From an uncultured Candidatus Actinomarina sp. (lineage in GTDB: Bacteria > Actinomycetota > Acidimicrobiia > Actinomarinales > Actinomarinaceae), in contig CABZMN010000002.1 in the NCBI GenBank assembly GCA_902526825.1, positions 26,265 to 90,264 of the forward strand: a stretch of DNA of 64,000 nucleotides, read 5' to 3'. The position numbers and the translations under genes are program-made. Under the pieces are notes generated by a model. The model worked only from the letters and a program-made list of their open reading frames with translations, searched no databases and had not been told where the DNA came from. This document shows, piece by piece, positions 57,498 to 64,000 of the stretch; the stretch's first letter is position 1, and every line of letters begins with the position of its first letter.

Positions 57498-58245
57498 TTA
57501 TAAAACAGAACACGGAAAGCAATAAACAGTAATAACCAAAATATTGCAGTTTTGAACTGGTTGTAAAATTAATTAAAACTCTTATCGCAATTAGTCCAGT
57601 AAACATAGCAACAATTGTTGGGAGAACAATATTTGTGTTTACTTGAAAGGAATCATTAATAAAGGTTAGGGTCCATGCTCCAAATATTGTTGGAATACCT
57701 AGCAAGAGTGAATAATAAATTGCATCAGCTTTTTTTACCCCGATATAAATAGCTGTCAATAAAGTTACACCAGATCGTGAAACTCCTGGTAATAATGCAA
57801 TAGATTGAGCGATCCCAATAACAAATGCTTGGCTGACGGTTATATCTCTGATGCTTAATGCTTCACTATTATTTATTTTTCCTGAAAAAATTAGGAGTAA
57901 TGAAAAAATTAAGTATGAAGCTCCTGTGATAAGAATAAGGTTGGAACTCTCATCGATGATATTTTGTATAGGTGTCAGTAAACCAATGAGAACCGCTGGA
58001 ATAATACCAGCAAGAATTATTTTGAAATAAAAGATAAAAGTATCTAAATCTTCAAATATCTCGAAAATTCTCTTTCTGTAGAAAAATATTATTGACAATA
58101 ATGTACCAATGTGCAAGAAGGCAATGTCATTGGTGTTTAGGTCTAGTTCAGAACTTAATGATGAAATAATGACGAGGTGACCACTTGATGATATCGGTAA
58201 AAATTCTGTTAGTCCCTGTAAAACACCAGTTAAAATTTCAAGCAT
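57490..58245 (-). CDS. uppP: undecaprenyl-diphosphate phosphatase
   Basis: LQGLTEFLPISSSGHLVI N-terminal motif and ...PGVSRSG... second motif, polytopic. Confidence 0.93.
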   Translation of the reverse strand: MLEILTGVLQGLTEFLPISSSGHLVIISSLSSELDLNTNDIAFLHIGTLLSIIFFYRKRIFEIFEDLDTFIFYFKIILAGIIPAVLIGLLTPIQNIIDESSNLILITGASYLIFSLLLIFSGKINNSEALSIRDITVSQAFVIGIAQSIALLPGVSRSGVTLLTAIYIGVKKADAIYYSLLLGIPTIFGAWTLTFINDSFQVNTNIVLPTIVAMFTGLIAIRVLINFTTSSKLQYFGYYCLLLSVFCFITN

Positions 58246-58395
58246 CTATTTTATACTAGCTAAATGCCAGTCGTTACAATCACCACATCTATAAATATTG
58301 AATTTCTGATTGTACTCTGACTCAGCCCAGCCTCTTTCTTTTCTTGCCTCGTTTTCAGATTTAAATCTTCTTTTTGAACAACTCTCTATATTCAT
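58246..58395 (-). CDS. 49-aa zinc-ribbon-like small protein abutting uppP (not in the ORF track)
   Basis: ATG 58395 to TAG 58246: MNIESCSKRRFKSENEARKERGWAESEYNQKFNIYRCGDCNDWHLASIK. Cys at 6 plus C-x2-C followed by WH. Its TAG is directly followed by the uppP ATG (TAGATG), which suggests coupled translation. Confidence 0.45.
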   Translation of the reverse strand: MNIESCSKRRFKSENEARKERGWAESEYNQKFNIYRCGDCNDWHLASIK

Positions 58396-58475
58396 CTTTA
58401 CCAATATCTACAATAAATTAAAAATACATCAATGGAATAAAAACTTATTTAAATTTATGTAAGTAGAATCTAATC

Positions 58476-59075
58476 ATGAGCATTGTTCCGGTAATTACAA
58501 GCTATTTAATAGGTTCAATCAATTTTGCTTATATTATTGCAAAATTCAAAAATATCAATATTCAAGAAATTGGAAGTGGAAATCCGGGATCTTCAAACGT
58601 TTTGCGAGCACTCGGAAAAAAATATGCAATAATCGTACTAGTTGGTGATTTATTTAAGGGAATAGCTCCATTTCTGATTTTTGGAGGTGAATTAGAGACA
58701 TTAATCTATGCGTCTCTTGCCGTTATAGGGCATTGTTTTCCAATATTTTACCGATTTAAAGGGGGAAAGGGTGTCGCAACGTATTTAGGGACAGTAATAG
58801 GATATATTGTCTTTCTTTCACCAGATTTAGGGTTTTTATTTTGGGAAATTGCCATAATTTTTGGATTTATCGCACTTTATTTTGGAATATTCTTGATTTT
58901 TAGAATTTCAGCAATATCAAGTCTGATTACATGCTCAGTTGGTGCACTTTATGTCATTTTTCAATCACCAGAAATTTACATTGTTGGATTTCAAGTATTT
59001 ATTTTATTACTGATTTTCTATCAGCATCGAGAAAATCTATCACGACTATCAAAAGGTGATGAGAATAAATTTTGA
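58476..59075 (+). CDS. plsY: glycerol-3-phosphate acyltransferase PlsY
   Basis: ...YLIGSINFAYIIAK...GSGNPGSSNVLR..., ...FKGGKGVAT..., polytopic, about 200 aa. Confidence 0.93.
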   Translation: MSIVPVITSYLIGSINFAYIIAKFKNINIQEIGSGNPGSSNVLRALGKKYAIIVLVGDLFKGIAPFLIFGGELETLIYASLAVIGHCFPIFYRFKGGKGVATYLGTVIGYIVFLSPDLGFLFWEIAIIFGFIALYFGIFLIFRISAISSLITCSVGALYVIFQSPEIYIVGFQVFILLLIFYQHRENLSRLSKGDENKF

Positions 59076-59135
59076 AACTTAAGAATATAAATTAGATTTG
59101 TTGTAATATATTTTAAGAAGAGTTGAGGCAGGGCA

Positions 59136-59510
59136 ATGAGTTCAACATTAATTTTAATAGGGCTACTTTTATCACTATCGATGGCAGTGATACTTCCCGA
59201 GATTCAGATTTCCAAAAATCAAAATAGTTACGCCTATATTATCTCTCCTGAATACGACTCCATGGTTAATAAGCAAAGAAGAGGGTATCTAGTACTAGGA
59301 CTACTTGCAGTCTCCACTTTTTTCGTATCTATACAGACCATGTCTGTCCCATTATTTATTTTTCATCTTGTTCTTGATTGTGTATTTGGTATTTATGCGT
59401 TCCTCTCCTTTCAGGTAAGAAGATCCATGCAGGTAAAAAATAATCTAACCATGGGTAATCAAGTAGAAAATACGGTAGAGGAAGAAAGCTACTTCAAAGA
59501 AGCTGTTTAA
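59136..59510 (+). CDS. hypothetical membrane protein
   Basis: Three hydrophobic segments, no recognisable motif. First gene of a tightly packed three-gene unit. Confidence 0.5.
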   Translation: MSSTLILIGLLLSLSMAVILPEIQISKNQNSYAYIISPEYDSMVNKQRRGYLVLGLLAVSTFFVSIQTMSVPLFIFHLVLDCVFGIYAFLSFQVRRSMQVKNNLTMGNQVENTVEEESYFKEAV

Positions 59511-59513
59511 AAC

Positions 59514-60128
59514 TTGAAAACACCTGAGCAGATTACCAATAGTCTCGTTAAAGAGTTTGATAAATTAAACGATATTAGAGAACAGTCACTAAAACTCTCG
59601 AGAGAGATCATAAAATCTTGTTCTAAGTCGATAAGGAATGTCCACCGTAACAATCTAGACGAGGCAAAACAACATTTAGACGAGGCAAATAAAAAGTATC
59701 AGGATTTATGCTCTTCTTTGAAAGATATTCCAGAATTGCGATTTGCAGGTTATGTAAATGACTCGGAAAGGGAATTAATCGAGGCATTTTTGGTTTTCGA
59801 ATTCGAGAAAACTAATGCACTTCTCGAATTTGAGGGAATGAATGTGTCCGCCTCAAACTACATACAGGGACTTGGTGATGCAATTGGAGAGTGGAGAAGA
59901 AAAGTCTTGGATAGTCTCAGAAAACTAGAGATTGAAGAAGGTGAGAAGTATTTGGCTATTATGGAAGCCTCTATGGAAATCTTTAACGAGTTAGATTACC
60001 CAGATGCTTTGACTGGTGGTCTTAGAAGGTACGCTGATACCGCTAGAGCAATCATTGAGAGAACGAGGTCAGATCTCACAAATGCTATAGTTAGTGAATC
60101 ATTAAGAAAAGAACTTAAAAATAAATAA
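59514..60128 (+). CDS. translin/TRAX-family-like protein
   Basis: TTG start. All-helical. ...LNDIREQSLKLSREIIKSCSKSIRNVHR..., ...ASNYIQGLGDAIGEWRRKVLDSL..., ...GLRRYADTARAIIERTRSDLT... parallel three conserved blocks of human translin as I recall it (EQDIREEIRKVVQSLEQTAREI..., EDYLSGVLILASELSRL..., LRKRYDGLKYDVKKVEEVVYDL). Confidence 0.55.
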   Translation: MKTPEQITNSLVKEFDKLNDIREQSLKLSREIIKSCSKSIRNVHRNNLDEAKQHLDEANKKYQDLCSSLKDIPELRFAGYVNDSERELIEAFLVFEFEKTNALLEFEGMNVSASNYIQGLGDAIGEWRRKVLDSLRKLEIEEGEKYLAIMEASMEIFNELDYPDALTGGLRRYADTARAIIERTRSDLTNAIVSESLRKELKNK

Positions 60129-60631
60129 TGGACTATAAATTCATAACTGGAGACAATTTAGAAATTTCAAGCCCTGGATGGTCTGAGGGAACTGTTTTGC
60201 AAGATATATATCCAGATTCTTCATTTGTAAGTGGAGTAGAAAACCCCCAGAGCATGAAAATGGTTCCAGTGATTAGAGATCAAAAAATATATGCCAAATA
60301 TATATTTGAGAAAAGATTTGAGGGAGGACCCGGTCTTGTTCATGGTGGAATACTTTCAACAGTATTAGATGAAATGATGGGGTATGCAACCGTTACGCAT
60401 AATCTCTGGTGTGTGACTGCCAATCTTGTTGTCAACTATAGATCACCATGTCCAGTTGAAGAAGAGTTTGAGTTAAGTGCTTGGGTTAAAGAGATTGATG
60501 AAAAAAAAGTTTATACCGAATCAATAATATTCTCTGGTGAAGAAGTGCATGTTGAATCTTCTGGATTGTTTATAAACTTAGGTCAAGCTAGGGCGCAGAC
60601 ATTTTTCATACCTGACAAGAACTATCCTTAA
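60128..60631 (+). CDS. PaaI/hotdog-fold acyl-CoA thioesterase
   Basis: ...GGPGLVHGGILSTVLDEMMGYA... is the typical PaaI/4HBT-II motif. ATG overlaps the preceding stop (TAATG). Confidence 0.8.
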   Translation: MDYKFITGDNLEISSPGWSEGTVLQDIYPDSSFVSGVENPQSMKMVPVIRDQKIYAKYIFEKRFEGGPGLVHGGILSTVLDEMMGYATVTHNLWCVTANLVVNYRSPCPVEEEFELSAWVKEIDEKKVYTESIIFSGEEVHVESSGLFINLGQARAQTFFIPDKNYP

Positions 60632-60632
60632 A

Positions 60633-62474
60633 TTAAATCTTTGATGTTAAAAAATGACTTGTTGACTGTATAGTCACCATTGGATTCACTCCAGAACATC
60701 GAGGAAACACCGATGAGTCAACAATGTAAACATTATCTAATCCATGTACTTTTCCATCAATATCAGTAACTCCTAGATTTGGATCTGGATTCATTCTTGC
60801 AGTTCCCATTTGGTGCGCAGAACCAAGCAGCATTCTAAAAGGCTGATTTTTTATTGCTCTGATGTCATTTATAAAGTCTTCGATATCTTTATTTGATGAT
60901 TTTTTCCAATGCATTGTTGGAGAGGCTGCAACCATAATCTCTTCTGCACCAGCCAAATAATTTGCTCGCACAAGGTTTTCAATTCCATGCATCAAATTTT
61001 TATGATCAAAATCGTTTAAATTGTAATCCCATAAATGTTGGGGGTTCTTATTGATGATCGATCCAGAGCTAGTATCTGATGTGAGAACTATCCCTCCAGA
61101 CCAATGATTGTAGCTTTCAACAAAATCATGAAATTTATCACTGTTATTTGGAAAAAATGGGAAGAAAAGACTTGGATGCATTGGCAGTCCCTCTAAAAGG
61201 TATCCATAATTGTCTTTCATAAACAAATTATCATCTGAATAAATACCCTGCATTGTTCCTGCCCATGGCTTTTGTTCGTCTGAGAATTTACCTGCCACAC
61301 CAGAAACAGGATGTAGTTTTAAATTATGACCAAGATGTTTATTTCTATATCCACTATCAAGCAATATTTTAGGTGTATTGAGGGAACCAGCAGCAAGAAT
61401 CACCTTATCAACGCCAACTTTATGAAATATCCCATTATTTTCAACATTTATGTGTGTTGCTTTTCCATTTGATATATCAAGGCTATTGATGTTTGTATCA
61501 CTGAACACATTGTTGGGTTCAAATTTATCTTCTGAAAACCAAACTTTGTTGGTGGAGTTTATACTTTCGTCGTAACGACCAAAAGTACTAAAGCCAGATT
61601 CTGTGCAATCTGCATTACTGGTGTTCCTTGGGATAATTTTATAATTTAGATCATTAAGCTCTAAACCCTTAGCCAATTTCTCTTCTTTTTGTGGAATTCG
61701 ATTATTTTCTACATCAACATTTAATTCTTTACAGACATAATCCATACTACTTTTAAATTCACTGGAGTTGAAATAGTTATCTTGTCCTGTAAGTGAGTCC
61801 CATTCACTTAATATATTGTCAGGTGTTCGAAGAGAAGTTGTCCAATTCACACTTGTACCTCCACCAATTCCCATTCCAGCCAAAAGTAAGACTTTATATC
61901 CTCTGGTTTGTTGTATTCCGTTAGTGTCATAGAAGTTGTGATATCCGAATGTTTCATTATTTGTCTCACCATTTCCATGACTGCCTTTTTCGAAGAGACC
62001 TACTTCATATTTTTCATTGAGTATATTAGCTGCGACACCTCCACCTGAGCCACTACCAATTACTGCTACTTCTAAACTTTTTGGAATAGATACTTCTTTT
62101 TTATCAATTGTTGTATTTTTAAAGATTGGGTAATCAAGGTATTTATATACTGAACCCTCACCATCAAGAGATCTTGCAGTACTTAAACCAAATAATGCAG
62201 TGATTCCAGAACCTAGCTTTCTTAATATTGATAAATTAGAACTTTGTAAATTTTTTACAAATTCTGGAATATTTGAATCCTTTATAAAAAGTTTTCTCAA
62301 TCCAAAAGAAAATATAAAGAAGAAGCTTTTCAATTGAATAATTTCAGATCTGTCTGGAAAATTTTCAATGATAAAATCAAAATACTTTTTTGAGCTTTTT
62401 ATTTCTTCCTGGTCAAAATTTGGATACAAACTAGAAAATATTGTATTAAACGATTTATCTATTTTTTTCCCCAC
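60633..62474 (-). CDS. GMC-family FAD oxidoreductase with ~130-aa N-terminal extension (long-chain alcohol oxidase-like)
   Basis: FAD motif VAVIGSGSGGGVAANIL, GMC N- and C-terminal domains (...GGTSVNW..., ...GSAHQMGTARM..., ...VYIVDSSVFP...). Confidence 0.85.
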   Translation of the reverse strand: MGKKIDKSFNTIFSSLYPNFDQEEIKSSKKYFDFIIENFPDRSEIIQLKSFFFIFSFGLRKLFIKDSNIPEFVKNLQSSNLSILRKLGSGITALFGLSTARSLDGEGSVYKYLDYPIFKNTTIDKKEVSIPKSLEVAVIGSGSGGGVAANILNEKYEVGLFEKGSHGNGETNNETFGYHNFYDTNGIQQTRGYKVLLLAGMGIGGGTSVNWTTSLRTPDNILSEWDSLTGQDNYFNSSEFKSSMDYVCKELNVDVENNRIPQKEEKLAKGLELNDLNYKIIPRNTSNADCTESGFSTFGRYDESINSTNKVWFSEDKFEPNNVFSDTNINSLDISNGKATHINVENNGIFHKVGVDKVILAAGSLNTPKILLDSGYRNKHLGHNLKLHPVSGVAGKFSDEQKPWAGTMQGIYSDDNLFMKDNYGYLLEGLPMHPSLFFPFFPNNSDKFHDFVESYNHWSGGIVLTSDTSSGSIINKNPQHLWDYNLNDFDHKNLMHGIENLVRANYLAGAEEIMVAASPTMHWKKSSNKDIEDFINDIRAIKNQPFRMLLGSAHQMGTARMNPDPNLGVTDIDGKVHGLDNVYIVDSSVFPRCSGVNPMVTIQSTSHFLTSKI

Positions 62475-62532
62475 CTTACAATTTTACACTCTCAATTATG
62501 GATATGACACATAAACTGTACTCTTATATTTC

Positions 62533-62958
62533 ATGGATCTGTCAAAGTTTAACTTCAAAAAAATAATTTATATGATTTTAGGAATTATAAGTTTTTCCCT
62601 CGGTGCAATTGGAATTATCATACCTGGCCTTCCTACAACACCTTTTATGATTCTCTCATCAATACTTTTTTTACGATCTTCTGACAGGATGTACAAATGG
62701 TTAATCAACCATCCAAGATTTGGTAAGTATGTTCTTGATTTTAAAAAAGGTAAAGGAATAACTTTCAAAACAAAGATTTATGCACAAACAATGATGTTAA
62801 TCACTGTAACACTCTCCCTTATTCCTATCTCACCAATGTTTATAGATAGTCCAGCTATTCGAATTGTATTAATTGCTTCTGGGATTTTTAGTTTTTGGTT
62901 GGTTGGTTTTAAAATTCCAACAAATAAGTCATATGTGAATGAACCTAATAAAAAATAA
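62533..62958 (+). CDS. DUF454 (YbaN)-family inner membrane protein
   Basis: ...GAIGIIIPGLPTTPFMILSSILFLRSSDRMYKWLINHPRFGKY... is the YbaN family signature. Confidence 0.8.
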   Translation: MDLSKFNFKKIIYMILGIISFSLGAIGIIIPGLPTTPFMILSSILFLRSSDRMYKWLINHPRFGKYVLDFKKGKGITFKTKIYAQTMMLITVTLSLIPISPMFIDSPAIRIVLIASGIFSFWLVGFKIPTNKSYVNEPNKK

Positions 62959-63841
62959 AAAGATTTTCATTTTTCTTTTTGTAATCGTTTTTCTATATTT
63001 TTTTCTATCATTTTTTGTTGCTTTTTCAGCATTTAGCATTGGAGATGAAGTCTATGAATCAACACCTGAAAGTCTTGGTTTAATTTATGAGGAGAATGAT
63101 ATCTCGACTTCTCAAAGTTCAATTTCTACGTGGTGGATACCAAATAATTCTGATATCACAATAATTGTGTTGCATGGGCTAAGAAGTCAAAAAGCTGATC
63201 AGGAAATATTGGATAAAATCGTAGAGTTTAACAATCTTGGTTATTCAATTATTGCAGTTGATTTTCGTAATCATGGAAAATCTGGGGAAGGTGATTTTAC
63301 TTTTGGAGTAGACGAAGTAAATGACGTATTTAATACGATTGCATATTACAAAGATGCCAAAGATTTAACCAGGTTTGGTATTTGGGGGTTTAGTTATGGT
63401 GCAACAACGGCATTACTTACAGGATTAGATTTTGATCAGGAGAACTTAGGTGTGGAGATTGTTGGAATCTTTGCAGAAAGTCCGTACATGGACCTGTTAG
63501 CTGTTTTTACCGATCAAGTTGCTTACAGGACACCTCTCAATACCGTAATGGCAAATCTGCTTAAACCAGGGACAGTTTTGTTAAGTAATCTCATTTATAA
63601 TTTTGAATTTAATTCTATTCAAGAAAAGTTTGACTCAAGTAGCGTAATAGGGATTCCCACGATTTTAATTTCTTGTGGTTATGATGAAATCATCCCTGAA
63701 GGACAAATACAAGATTTGAGGGAGTTATTGGGTGTAAATTCTTCTATTGATGAATTCGCAGACTGTCGTAATCATGGAGAAGCCCTTGAAAGTGATTCTG
63801 ATAAATACAGGAGTTTATTTATAAGTCTTTTTGGATCTTAA
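62939..63841 (+). CDS. membrane-anchored alpha/beta hydrolase
   Basis: N-terminal TM helix, ...IIVLHGL..., nucleophile elbow GFSYGA, C-terminal ...CRNHGE... His region. Confidence 0.78.
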   Translation: MNLIKNKKIFIFLFVIVFLYFFLSFFVAFSAFSIGDEVYESTPESLGLIYEENDISTSQSSISTWWIPNNSDITIIVLHGLRSQKADQEILDKIVEFNNLGYSIIAVDFRNHGKSGEGDFTFGVDEVNDVFNTIAYYKDAKDLTRFGIWGFSYGATTALLTGLDFDQENLGVEIVGIFAESPYMDLLAVFTDQVAYRTPLNTVMANLLKPGTVLLSNLIYNFEFNSIQEKFDSSSVIGIPTILISCGYDEIIPEGQIQDLRELLGVNSSIDEFADCRNHGEALESDSDKYRSLFISLFGS

Positions 63842-64000
63842 TTGAACATTAGTTTTCGGAGTTTTGGCATGATATAAGCTATTTGAGGCCAAAATTTAAG
63901 TATAAATTTATTTAATTTGAAATAAATTTTGAAATACATGTTCTTATGAAAATTTGAATTATCTTTAGAGTATGAACCAGGGCATTAAGTTCTACAAAAC

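Noticed and set aside
63855-63900. Weak hairpin TTTTGGC...GCCAAAA after the last hydrolase gene, and a possible new ORF start at ATG 63972
   Set aside because: The loop is about 19 nt and there is no T-run, so it is not convincing as a terminator. The ORF fragment (9 codons before the window end) cannot be identified.

Overview
AT-rich (about one-third G+C by eye), very gene-dense chromosomal segment. It holds about 75 protein genes, one tRNA and one ribozyme, with many 1-16 nt start/stop overlaps. I saw no rRNA, CRISPR array, transposase, integrase or phage genes. Gene order matches an actinobacterial core chromosome: rpsD-rpoA-rplQ-truA-rplM-rpsI-glmM-glmS-alr-tsaE-tsaB-rimI-tsaD-groES-groEL, as I recall it from Mycobacterium and Streptomyces. 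A WhiB regulator, an AhpE-type peroxiredoxin and a PDZ-Lon protease followed by UPF0182 support the same call. From this I infer a streamlined low-GC actinobacterium (Candidatus Actinomarinales-like); this is inference, not a database hit. Main blocks: (1) ribosomal/RNAP/t6A/chaperonin core, 1-12.8 kb, with a glmS ribozyme upstream of glmS. (2) An aromatic amino-acid supra-operon, 12.9-21.2 kb, holding all seven shikimate steps plus AroH chorismate mutase, tyrA and pheA; it is preceded by a Tyr/Phe-rich leader peptide and an intrinsic terminator. (3) A mixed housekeeping/accessory stretch, 21-33 kb: S51-like protein, esterase, Fur-cbiQ-cbiO, thioredoxin-like gene, plsC, NUDIX, trpS, pcrA. (4) TCA genes: sucCD-icd-mdh, then hup, then convergent sdhCDAB-SCP2. 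(5) whiB, ahpE, DUF2342, htrA. (6) A Liv-type ABC transporter with an embedded acyl-CoA ligase. (7) PDZ-Lon, UPF0182, initiator tRNA, TlpA, Mrp, uppP, plsY, a translin-like gene, thioesterase, GMC oxidoreductase and hydrolases. The most unusual observation is an in-frame TGA at exactly the first Cys position of the CxxC motif of a membrane-anchored thioredoxin-like gene (25278-25751), with a hairpin just downstream. It is either a UxxC selenoprotein candidate or a fresh pseudogene. I found no defence-island-like or obviously novel multi-gene system; most of the window is ordinary core genome.
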